Translations under genes and position numbers: made by a program
Notes under the pieces: model-generated
Database searches by the model: none
What the model saw: only the letters and a program-made list of their open reading frames with translations
Told to the model about the DNA's origin: nothing
In this document: positions 16,190-24,029 of the stretch, piece by piece
Layout of the letters: each line of letters begins with the position of its first letter
How positions within the stretch are numbered: position 1 is the stretch's first letter
Assembly: GCA_964508865.1 (NCBI GenBank)
Contig: CAZDVP010000001.1
Location: 626-64,625 of the forward strand
Reading direction: 5' to 3'
DNA from: an uncultured Bacteroides sp.
GTDB taxonomy: Bacteria > Bacteroidota > Bacteroidia > Bacteroidales > Muribaculaceae
Length of the DNA stretch: 64,000 bases

Positions 16190-16638
16190 TTCTTTTCGAT
16201 GTATAATTTAGCAACGTTACATTCAATCTTCACTCTGATTTCTTCAATGTCATAAAAACTCTCCTGATTGTGGAACTTCAATCGCTCTCCAACTGTACGG
16301 TTATCCCCACGAAATTCACTAAAGATTTGGAGGTAGGCATTGTATTTGTCTATCAGCGCAAAGAACTCTTCGTCAAATTCTTTGCGGATATTGTGCTCTT
16401 TGTTATGGTTGTACGCCTTAATGATAGCAGAAAACTCCTCATTGACAGGTAATTTGATTTCCGGATTGTTAACCACAAGAGTCTTATTGGTATCCAGATG
16501 TACGCTAAAATTAGCCGGGAACATTGTCGATAACTCATCTAATTTCTGCACATACGAGTCACCACCACTAATTAGCTTACCTGTTTGTGCATTGGTAATT
16601 AACCAATGCAACTTAAAAATTGCTATTCTGTTTTCCAT
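16186..16638 (-). CDS. hypothetical protein
   Basis: 150-aa ORF. Confidence 0.55.
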   Translation of the reverse strand: MENRIAIFKLHWLITNAQTGKLISGGDSYVQKLDELSTMFPANFSVHLDTNKTLVVNNPEIKLPVNEEFSAIIKAYNHNKEHNIRKEFDEEFFALIDKYNAYLQIFSEFRGDNRTVGERLKFHNQESFYDIEEIRVKIECNVAKLYIEKK

Positions 16639-16647
16639 GCCCGTAAA

Positions 16648-17094
16648 TTAAGTGTGGGTTGACCAGCCATATCCGGCAGTAAGTTGAACACTTCCGTTTT
16701 GCTTATATCCGGTTTCCGGGAATCCGTGAAAAATGATACCGCCACAGAGACCTTGACGGCCATCAGCACGGTGTTCCCCGAAACTGAGACAGTGTTCTCC
16801 GTATTCGCTTCCGATTACGTAATAGTTGTCTTCGTCTTGTGTCTGAGAGTTGAGTTCAAACATCAGGATTCGCATAATGCAATCCTGAAACGAATTGTAT
16901 GGATGCGGCTCGTACTGATTGAACTCTTTGTTGAGGTCATCGAGTGCTTGCGCAATCTCGTCAGTCATTACTTCCTGTGGAATAACCTCGCACAGTTTAT
17001 ACACCAGAGCCGACATTTGGCTAAGGTGATGTTGTTTCTGTTCCATAGCATACTTCATTGCCTCCTGGAACTTCTTTGTAGCTGTAATTTTCAT
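16648..17094 (-). CDS. hypothetical protein
   Basis: 148-aa ORF. Confidence 0.55.
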   Translation of the reverse strand: MKITATKKFQEAMKYAMEQKQHHLSQMSALVYKLCEVIPQEVMTDEIAQALDDLNKEFNQYEPHPYNSFQDCIMRILMFELNSQTQDEDNYYVIGSEYGEHCLSFGEHRADGRQGLCGGIIFHGFPETGYKQNGSVQLTAGYGWSTHT

Positions 17095-17097
17095 GTC

Positions 17098-17460
17098 TTA
17101 ATCTGTTGTTGCTAAGAAATAGTTGAGGTCTTCACCTTTCAGATTTTCCATTGCCCAAGCATCGGTCTCTTTCCACAGTCGATCATAAACCTGAGCAAGT
17201 TCAAGATGGTCGTGGTAATGCTGATAGATTTTCCAGTTCAGCACCATGATGTATTCAGTAAGACCTTCGATGCCGAGCGACTTTTCCTTCATCTGAGGCC
17301 ATGAGCGTCGATGAGTGTCAAGCACTGCATCAGGTTCCTGACCATTCAGGACAAATACGTCAGCAATGCTAAAGTCCTGCCAGAATGTAGTGCAGGGCTT
17401 GTAACCGGTCATTTCCTCAATGGGCCATGCCGGTAAATTTGCGAAAAAGCCTGGATTCAT
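17098..17460 (-). CDS. hypothetical protein
   Basis: 120-aa ORF. Confidence 0.55.
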   Translation of the reverse strand: MNPGFFANLPAWPIEEMTGYKPCTTFWQDFSIADVFVLNGQEPDAVLDTHRRSWPQMKEKSLGIEGLTEYIMVLNWKIYQHYHDHLELAQVYDRLWKETDAWAMENLKGEDLNYFLATTD

Positions 17461-18032
17461 GTCGTTGCGATATAGTAGTTATTGTTGATTTTGAATATCC
17501 ACCAGAAGTTTTCGTGAAACCGATAAGCCTTCTTGCCATTGACATCGACCTCTGCCCAATCGACCTTACCAGTTTGATCAAGTTCGACGAACATATCACA
17601 GTTGTAGGTTGATACCATGAGTACGTCTCGCTCGCCTTCTTTGAAGTTGGTGTGATTGAGTTTGGGACAGCCGTTGGCTTCTATCCATTCCATGACCGCG
17701 ATTGTGCCACAGCCGATGCCAGTGAGTTGGATTGTTTTCATTGCGTAATCCGGTTGTTCTGGATCATGTTTTACCATAACCATTATGCGACCTGTGAACT
17801 CACGACTTAGACCGGCAACGAAGCCTTGCGCTTGGATGATATACTTATCCGTTTCCAGCGTCTTTGTCATAAGTTCACACATTTTCGACAAGTCTTGTGG
17901 CGCATACACGAACCTGCCGCTAAAGCCATAGATTGCGGCGAACTTAGCACGGCCTTCTTCGTTCATTTGGAGTTCTCTGAACTCGCTGCCCTCCATCATT
18001 AGAGCGGAGGGGATAATGTCTGTTAATTCCAT
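17457..18032 (-). CDS. hypothetical protein
   Basis: The likely start is MELTDIIPS at 18032; the track ORF starts at 18158. Confidence 0.55.
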   Translation of the reverse strand: MELTDIIPSALMMEGSEFRELQMNEEGRAKFAAIYGFSGRFVYAPQDLSKMCELMTKTLETDKYIIQAQGFVAGLSREFTGRIMVMVKHDPEQPDYAMKTIQLTGIGCGTIAVMEWIEANGCPKLNHTNFKEGERDVLMVSTYNCDMFVELDQTGKVDWAEVDVNGKKAYRFHENFWWIFKINNNYYIATT

Positions 18033-18194
18033 ATTTTGCTGATTTTGTTGTGTTAGTGGAGAAGGCGACCACGATGATCGCAACTGTTTGTTGATTGCTC
18101 CCACTTTGCAGGTTCTTGACCATCCGGATTGGTACTGCGATCTGGCAAAGCAATTCACTGGCAGCGTTTCCCAGTGAGTTTCATCTCCTAATTT

Positions 18195-19040
18195 TTATGC
18201 GGATTCTTTTAGGTTGTACTCAGAGATAACTTCGTCTATCAACTCTTCGGTTTCCATATAGAATCCCCAACAAGAGCCGACCTCTTCCCATTCCACATCC
18301 TCTTCATCTTCACGGTCTTCATCTTCATATACTTTTGTGAATGGGACTTTCTTTTCAAGGACGTAGCCTTTGACATCGCCCCACATCCACATCCCGATTT
18401 CTTTGACTTCCAAGTCAATCAGATGCTCTGCGTGTTCTTTCCAAGGCTTGTCAGTATTACCGACCATCTTGTCATATCGTTCCTTGGACATATATGCCAC
18501 GCCTCTCACCAAGTCTCCTTGGGAATATCCGGTGGCGCTCCATTCTTTGAGGACGAAATCTTTGGCACACTCTTGGATAAGGGCGATCAACTCGTCTTTA
18601 TCCAAATGCTCAATCAACTCAGAACGACAATCATGTTTTTTCAATTCATGCGGCTCGACCCAATATTGAGTCTCCCATGTTGCGTTTTTGCCTCTCCAAG
18701 ATTGCCAGATTTGTAATTCCCATTCGTGCTCGTGTTGATTGTAAACAAAGCGAAGATTTTTCACCTTTCCGGCCTTGTAATAAGCAATGATGTCTTTTTG
18801 CGTCACTACATCTGCGGCCATATAGCGCAAAGCGTCTTCCAGAGAATGTCCTCGGTTTTCACAAAACCAGTCCTTCCAATTACATTCCTCGTGAAGAATA
18901 TGGTGGTAACAGTCATTGTACTCAAAGAGGTATCGCGCTGCCATGTCCCAGTTAGTGACAGGACATTGGTTACACGAATCGTAATAAATATTGATACGAT
19001 GATCACCGATTTCCTTGGATTCTATTAAGTAATCGTTCAT
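18195..19040 (-). CDS. hypothetical protein
   Basis: The likely start is MNDYLIESK at 19040. The protein is rich in Trp, His and Cys. Confidence 0.6.
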   Translation of the reverse strand: MNDYLIESKEIGDHRINIYYDSCNQCPVTNWDMAARYLFEYNDCYHHILHEECNWKDWFCENRGHSLEDALRYMAADVVTQKDIIAYYKAGKVKNLRFVYNQHEHEWELQIWQSWRGKNATWETQYWVEPHELKKHDCRSELIEHLDKDELIALIQECAKDFVLKEWSATGYSQGDLVRGVAYMSKERYDKMVGNTDKPWKEHAEHLIDLEVKEIGMWMWGDVKGYVLEKKVPFTKVYEDEDREDEEDVEWEEVGSCWGFYMETEELIDEVISEYNLKESA

Positions 19041-19127
19041 ATTTTCTTGCTTTGTTGTGTTTACGAATAGAGAAAGCGAGTGTCCAAAGTTGTACACTCG
19101 CTCACTTTTAACTATTGTTAAGGCGTT

Positions 19128-19304
19128 TTACAGACCTTGCTCAGAAAAAGCAAACTCCCATTTCTTACCTTGAAGCCAAGGTAAATGCTCCATGATAAAG
19201 TCGTAGACCTCATTCAGTTGGATGGGCCACAAAGGGCAGAAGGTGTATCGCAGTTGGCGATAGAAACGACCCTTGACCATTATGTCGAGAAATATTGTTT
19301 TCAT
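19128..19304 (-). CDS. small hypothetical protein (58 aa, below ORF-track cutoff)
   Basis: Hand translation gives MKTIFLDIMVKGRFYRQLRYTFCPLWPIQLNEVYDFIMEHLPWLQGKKWEFAFSEQGL. It fills an otherwise empty gap in the operon. Confidence 0.4.
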   Translation of the reverse strand: MKTIFLDIMVKGRFYRQLRYTFCPLWPIQLNEVYDFIMEHLPWLQGKKWEFAFSEQGL

Positions 19305-19310
19305 ATCACT

Positions 19311-19544
19311 TCAGTTTAATACAAATCCGTAGTTTCCGTGTGCTCTATCCAGTTTGCGCTGCATGGATTTGGCGTAATTTCGGTGCCAGCACCGGTACAG
19401 AGGCGTTTCGATTTGAAGATATTTCTTGATGATTTTGCGGTCGATCCACAATTGGAATCTTACCGCTTTCCCGATGATGAGGACAAGTATGTCACAGAGA
19501 AGGTGGAGAGTTTTCTCACCGATAGATTGCTCTTTCGTTGCCAT
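19311..19544 (-). CDS. hypothetical protein
   Basis: 77-aa ORF. Confidence 0.45.
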   Translation of the reverse strand: MATKEQSIGEKTLHLLCDILVLIIGKAVRFQLWIDRKIIKKYLQIETPLYRCWHRNYAKSMQRKLDRAHGNYGFVLN

Positions 19545-19551
19545 AGCGGTG

Positions 19552-19965
19552 TTAGTTTAAGGGTGTTAATGAATAGAGAGGCAGGATGCAGCTTTTAGTC
19601 TCCACCTCCAGCACATACTCCACACTTTCGTACTCTTGTGTGGCTTTGAGCGTACCGGTCAGTGGCTTATGCAACCTTTGGGCTTCGATGATTGCGTCAT
19701 GTGTGCGCTTGTCGAGGCGAATGACTTCGTAGTCCATTCCAGCGTCCGGGTCATCATAGACCATATACCACGCTGTTTCATTGTAGCCGAAAGTTTCGAC
19801 CACACCCTGCACATCGAAAAACATTCCATCGTGTGAGGTATTGATGGTTGGCTCAACGGTTTCTACAACCGGAGCATTGTTTGTCGTTGCCGAGGTTTGG
19901 GCAACGATAAGGTGTGCCCCTATCCCCACGGCGAGGAGGGCACAAAATGCGGTTACTGATTTCAT
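19552..19965 (-). CDS. secreted/exported hypothetical protein
   Basis: The N-terminal signal-like segment MKSVTAFCALLAVGIGAHLIVAQTSA leads a 137-aa ORF. Confidence 0.55.
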   Translation of the reverse strand: MKSVTAFCALLAVGIGAHLIVAQTSATTNNAPVVETVEPTINTSHDGMFFDVQGVVETFGYNETAWYMVYDDPDAGMDYEVIRLDKRTHDAIIEAQRLHKPLTGTLKATQEYESVEYVLEVETKSCILPLYSLTPLN

Positions 19966-19982
19966 TTTGCTGGTTTTATGAA

Positions 19983-20330
19983 TTAGATTGCAAGATTGAT
20001 TGGGTACGCTTTAGTAGATTTATTACACTTTCGTCGTACTTCGTTGATTTCGTTATTACTCAGTTGACGAACAAAGATGCCACGTTCACGCTTATGCGGA
20101 GTATGTCCGTGCTTTTTGCACCAGTCAAGCACCATTTGGGGGTGCTTCATGTCCTTGTACGCAAACTCATAGTCCCACGCTTTGCAAGGCTTTGACGGAG
20201 CCGGGTCTTCATAGGGCACCGGGTCTTCAGGTCGCTCTTTGGGGGTATAACTCAGAGCGTGGAAGAGCTGTGCCACGTTCCGCTTCATTTGTTCGTCTGT
20301 CATACGCTTTGTAGGTTTACACGATTGCAT
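19983..20330 (-). CDS. hypothetical protein
   Basis: 115-aa ORF; an alternative start MTDEQ lies at 20303. Confidence 0.5.
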   Translation of the reverse strand: MQSCKPTKRMTDEQMKRNVAQLFHALSYTPKERPEDPVPYEDPAPSKPCKAWDYEFAYKDMKHPQMVLDWCKKHGHTPHKRERGIFVRQLSNNEINEVRRKCNKSTKAYPINLAI

Positions 20331-20487
20331 ACATTTCGCTCACGCCTATCAGAGCGTCTAAATTGTCCGCCTCTTCCGGGAAATACAGATGGATGGTCGC
20401 GCCTCGGACTACCACGTAAACGTCCAGGCCGTCACGCAACGCCTCTTTGACCTGCGCTGCGGTCGTAAAATTCACTTTCTTGCTCAT
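20317..20487 (-). CDS. small hypothetical protein
   Basis: The likely start is MSKKVNFTT at 20487. The upstream part of the track ORF covers the tRNA-like element. Confidence 0.45.
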   Translation of the reverse strand: MSKKVNFTTAAQVKEALRDGLDVYVVVRGATIHLYFPEEADNLDALIGVSEMYAIV

Positions 20488-20505
20488 TTTGCTGATTTTT
20501 TGGTT

Positions 20506-20574
20506 TGGTTGTCCCGGTGTGAGTCGAACACACAGACCTCGCACATTTAGCACGGGGTCGGCCAGTTCGGGACA
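20506..20574 (-). ncRNA. tRNA-like element with encoded CCA (non-canonical; no D arm or anticodon arm)
   Basis: The minus strand reads TGTCCCG-AACTGGCC-[GACCCCG..CGAGGTC hairpin]-T-GTGTG TTCGACT CACAC-CGGGACA-A-CCA. It has a 7-bp acceptor stem and a canonical T arm but is only 69 nt long. Confidence 0.4.
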
Positions 20575-20632
20575 TAAGGGCACAGCCCACGCTTCAAGGT
20601 CGGAGCATGGGCTGTGTGGGGTTCGGGGGAAA

Positions 20633-21193
20633 TTATTCCTCACTCTCAGAGCGGTTCACGGCGCAACATGTTTCGGTAGTTTCCGGAACACGCTCACCAG
20701 AGAGCGCATCGGTATCGTCAAACTTTGCACGGAAGTTGAGCGCATCAAAGGACGCTTTTGTAGCTTTGTGCATTTTCTTTTTGTAGTCACGAGCGCAGTC
20801 CTCCATATCGCGCTTTGTCGGCACAAGACCGATACGCGACCAGATAGACGCTGCTACGTCCCAGCGTTCAGCGTGTTTGCCGTCCAGAGTGCGGACGATG
20901 ATTGCCGCCGGGGTTGAAGAGCGCAGTTTCGTGGCTATGCCACCGTTATCCGCTTTGAGTGATGCTTCCAGAATTTTCACGTTCCAGAACGTGCTTACGA
21001 CGTTCTTCCACACGCGGAAGATTTCGTCCTGCTTGCGGTTGGTCGGGGTGTACTCCTCGCCTGAGAAGTTCACGGCGGACTCGTGGGTTTCGCCGTCGCG
21101 GTTGGTGCTGCGATACACGAGGGTAACGCCGGGCAGGTTGTTCACGTTGAGGTTCTCGAACTGGGTTGCAGAAAATTTAGTGATAGTTCCCAT
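20633..21193 (-). CDS. hypothetical protein
   Basis: The likely start is MGTITKFSATQ at 21193. The track ORF begins with GTG at 21313, inside the tRNA-like sequence. Confidence 0.55.
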   Translation of the reverse strand: MGTITKFSATQFENLNVNNLPGVTLVYRSTNRDGETHESAVNFSGEEYTPTNRKQDEIFRVWKNVVSTFWNVKILEASLKADNGGIATKLRSSTPAAIIVRTLDGKHAERWDVAASIWSRIGLVPTKRDMEDCARDYKKKMHKATKASFDALNFRAKFDDTDALSGERVPETTETCCAVNRSESEE

Positions 21194-21235
21194 TTTGTAC
21201 TGATTTTTGGGGTTGCTACGCAAAATCGCGTATTG

Positions 21236-21330
21236 TAGGCAGTGAGGGAGTCGAACCCTCACCCCACCTAAGTAGAGAACCGCTTCCAATACGCACGAGG
21301 TCAGACCACGCACGTTGCGGTAAATGCCTA
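21236..21330 (-). ncRNA. second tRNA-like acceptor/T-arm mimic
   Basis: The T arm (GT)GAGGG TTCGACT CCCTC(AC) is flanked by a TAGGCA...TGCCTA pairing. I could fold no anticodon or D arm, and there is no CCA. Confidence 0.3.
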
Positions 21331-21985
21331 TAGTCCACGCCTCCAGATTTCACCCTCTGAAGACGTGGTACTCAAATACGGTTTTTGCGCTTTTCGTACC
21401 TTTTCCTTACTCTTAGACATAACTCAAACCAATTGGAAATGCCTATTTTTTCGCTACGGGTCTGGGTATAACATTGGCTGTCATCCTCCCTGTGGGACTA
21501 CCCTGCGAGCGTCCGCTTCCATACGGGCATAGTAAGGGCTAACTAATTCGGAAAGTCGTACTTCAAGAACTTTTTTGCATAGGGTCCCCCCTACGGCCAC
21601 CGAAACACTGGGGCTTCGATAACAGGTACAGTTCGGACTCAGGGCGTTTAGACGTTCCTCCAATAGCGGCGGATTTAACACCTCACAATTCGGGCTGTTA
21701 CACTTCGCGCAAGGGCGAAATTAACCTTTTTGTGTCCTTTTTGGGTATAGCACAGCCTACCCTATAATCGGTTTTTACACCTACTTTGTGCTATGTTTCA
21801 GGCGTTTAGGGGTTGTGTCGTTGTGTCTGTCTGTGTCGTTGTTTGGGGTTGTTTTTAAGGGGTTAAAAATTGGGGTTGTTTAACTCTGTTTGTTCCTGTG
21901 ACCTTTGGCGTTATATGTAGGATAATTCTCACAGGTGAAAGTGACCTTTAATTTGTTGTTGGTCGTTGTTGTTGTTTCAACTTGA
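21236..21985 (-). ncRNA. candidate large structured ncRNA (promoter at 21991, tRNA-like 3' end)
   Basis: About 750 nt with no credible ORF. The tract is GC-rich and contains local stems such as TTCGC/GCGAA, ATAGCAC/GTGCTAT and CCTGTGA/TCACAGG. A CTAACTTTGC promoter box lies just upstream. Confidence 0.3.
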
Positions 21986-21990
21986 CGATG

Positions 21991-21998
21991 CAAAGTTA
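21991..21998 (-). promoter_or_regulatory. -7 promoter box TAACTTTG (CTAACTTTGC)
   Basis: It has the same 10-mer as the other early promoters and points into the ORF-free tract. Confidence 0.45.
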
Positions 21999-22006
21999 GG
22001 CACAAT

Positions 22007-22023
22007 ATTTGAAACTACCAAAT
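22007..22023. promoter_or_regulatory. operator copy (ATTTGAAACTACCAAAT)
   Basis: It has one mismatch to the reverse complement of 3353..3369 and the same flanking ATAAAAC. Confidence 0.45.
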
Positions 22024-22099
22024 ATAAAACGTTAAGAAATGTTAACGAGATTTTCAAAATAGGTCTATCTAATTGATAATCAGTTAGAAAAAATTTTTG

Positions 22100-22530
22100 A
22101 TTGATAGGGGGCAAAATTGCACCGGTGCAAAGGGGGTAAATTGCGCCAAAATAGGTTAATTGGCTGATATATAGATATTTAACTAAATTTGGGGTTGTTA
22201 GCTGCTCAAAGGGTAATTATAGACTATATAAGGGGCAAATTTGGGGGGCAATATCCGGCAAAGGATAGGGGGGCAAATTGGGGGTAAAAATAGATTCTAT
22301 ATAATAGACTATATAAGGGGGCAAAGTAAGGATAACAAAGGGGCAAAGGATAACAACGTAACAAATTGCACAAATAGGGGCAAAGTGTGCAAAGATAGGG
22401 GCAAAGGGTATGAAAATAGATATAAGTAATTGAAAATCATATATTTGTAACTACCAAATAGGGAATAAATAACTTAATTGATTGATATGCAAATATTTAT
22501 GCAAAGATAGGGGCAAAATAGGGGTTAAGA
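22100..22530. repeat. iteron cluster, about 9 copies of (ATA)GGGGCAAA plus a 17-nt direct repeat ATAGACTATATAAGGGG
   Basis: Copies lie near 22107, 22232, 22245, 22268, 22317, 22340, 22377, 22397 and 22509. The region is AT-rich and ORF-free, which suggests an origin or partition site. Confidence 0.6.
22443..22459. promoter_or_regulatory. operator copy (exact reverse complement of 3353..3369)
   Basis: A 17/17 match: atttgtaactaccaaat. Confidence 0.5.
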
Positions 22531-22952
22531 TGTTTCACTTTTACACAAAGTGAAACTATCTAACTAATTGATGATTAAGGATATAACTAATTGAAAAATA
22601 GGGCGGAGGGTATGCAAGTCGGAGCGGAGACCGTATATATGCTCCGCCCCAAAATTTTGAGTTTCACTTTTGGATTTTCAATACAATGAAAATTCACTGG
22701 AGACCACCAGCCATTCTCCCACTTGATTTAACAGCAATCCTGGGAATCCCTTCCAGTTCCGAACTCGTTAAGTCCTTCCCCAACTTCCATAGCCCCTCTC
22801 CGAATCTCGTTAAGTCAAATTTTACATCTGTACCACAAAAACCGCTAAATATCTTTTCCCAAAATTTTCCCCGGCCCCAAATTTTCAAGTCTCAATTTCC
22901 AGACCGATCACAAAAATTATCGTATTATGAGACTACTTTCAAAAATTATGTC

Positions 22953-22960
22953 TATCTTTG
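22953..22960 (+). promoter_or_regulatory. -7 promoter box TATCTTTG
   Basis: Matches TAnnTTTG and lies 35 nt upstream of the ATG at 22995. Confidence 0.4.
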
Positions 22961-22994
22961 CACCACAAATTGACCTCGTACAAATTCAACTCAA

Positions 22995-23969
22995 ATGAAA
23001 TCACAGTTTCAGACCCTCTCTTTCCTCTCCCACTATACACCAAAATCCGACCTTGATCGTGAATTTATCGTCAGCTTTTTGGAGAAGAGATTCCGCATTA
23101 CCCCAAAAACGCTCATATTCGCTCCAGAATCGACGAAAATAACCTTAGATACACAATCCTTCATCCAATGGTTTGAAAGCGGCCAGAGCGCAGGAAAAGT
23201 GGCAAAAATGGGCACTGATGTGATAATGATCGGAGACTGTAACATCACAGAAGCCAAAATCATCGGAAAATTGACCAAATCAGGCATCGAAACGTGCTGT
23301 ACTTCCGTAAACCACTCTGACATCTCTGAAGCCTCTGAAGAGGAGATTCGCAAATTTCAACTCGAACTTCTGAAGGCGCACCTCCAATTCAGTCCCGACA
23401 CCCTTACCCTCACTCCCAAATACGTTCCCCAAAATGGCGAAAAAGTTGTCTTCTACAATTCCGACCGTTCCATGAGGGGCCTGGGAATTATCCGCAACAT
23501 TGACCCCGATTCACAAGACGTAGAGTTTTTCTGCTATTTCATTTACCCTGGCCCTAACTGTCAGCGCAAAGTCGGCTACAATATGCACGAGTGTGGAATT
23601 GCAAACCTGATCGAGCATACTTTTGAACCAATGCTTGACGATGAGAAACGTTGTACCGAAGGGAATGGTATTGCGTGTTACCGTAGACTAAAGCGTGAAC
23701 TGGAAGCAGAAGGTAAAATCTGGAAAGATAAGCTCAGAAGGGTGGAGCCGGCCCAACCATGTGTCGAAAAAGGACAGATCTACTACTACATCAACGACAA
23801 ACTGGAAGTGATTCAGGAAACGGAGAAGGGAACTCCTACCGGAAAGTTTCGTTACTATGCCGGCAATTACTTCCTTACCAGGGAAGCAGCTCTGAAGATG
23901 TTGAGCCGATGGAATGATTGTATTTGCGATTACTTGGCTTCTCCTACATGGCCCAATGTAGCAGACTAA
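22995..23969 (+). CDS. hypothetical protein
   Basis: 324-aa ORF. It is a lone plus-strand gene next to the iterons. Confidence 0.65.
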   Translation: MKSQFQTLSFLSHYTPKSDLDREFIVSFLEKRFRITPKTLIFAPESTKITLDTQSFIQWFESGQSAGKVAKMGTDVIMIGDCNITEAKIIGKLTKSGIETCCTSVNHSDISEASEEEIRKFQLELLKAHLQFSPDTLTLTPKYVPQNGEKVVFYNSDRSMRGLGIIRNIDPDSQDVEFFCYFIYPGPNCQRKVGYNMHECGIANLIEHTFEPMLDDEKRCTEGNGIACYRRLKRELEAEGKIWKDKLRRVEPAQPCVEKGQIYYYINDKLEVIQETEKGTPTGKFRYYAGNYFLTREAALKMLSRWNDCICDYLASPTWPNVAD

Positions 23970-23990
23970 CCTAAACTTCCGGATATACTG

Positions 23991-24023
23991 CGCCCCCTAC
24001 AGGATTGATTCTTGCAGGGGGCG
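23991..24023. terminator. bidirectional terminator hairpin between convergent genes
   Basis: An 8-bp GC stem, cgccccct / agggggcg. Confidence 0.5.
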
Positions 24024-24029
24024 TAACAT

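Noticed and set aside
20506-20574. Canonical tRNA gene (possibly a suppressor tRNA)
   Set aside because: It is only 69 nt including CCA. I could fold no D-arm and no 5-bp/7-nt anticodon stem-loop; the central hairpin has an 11-nt loop. I report it as tRNA-like instead.
20447-20917. 156-aa plus-strand ORF
   Set aside because: It is antisense to two better-supported minus-strand genes and to the tRNA-like element, and lies in a GC-rich region where long spurious ORFs are expected.
21481-21681. 66-aa ORF in the GC-rich tract as a protein-coding gene
   Set aside because: It has no plausible start context or coupling and a composition-driven sequence, and it sits inside a region with RNA-like helices. 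I treat it as a spurious ORF.
21236-21760. tmRNA, or a tRNA split by a group I intron, anchored on the GAGGGTTCGACTCCCTC T-arm
   Set aside because: I found no 5' acceptor strand complementary to ACTGCCT; the best candidate, AGGCTGT at 21752-21758, has a U.U mismatch and lies about 520 nt away. There is no G.U identity pair, no CCA, and no recognisable tag ORF or D-loop analogue. This needs ARAGORN or Rfam to settle.
22100-22530. Possible CRISPR array, because of the many short GGGGCAAA repeats
   Set aside because: The repeat unit is only about 8-11 nt and the spacing is irregular (13-110 nt). There are no constant-length spacers and no cas genes. The region fits iterons or binding sites, not a CRISPR array.
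22686-22973. 95-aa plus-strand ORF upstream of 22995
   Set aside because: The translation is low-complexity and Pro/Ser/Phe-rich. The ORF overlaps repeated promoter-like DNA motifs and the TATCTTTG box of the next gene, so it is probably non-coding.
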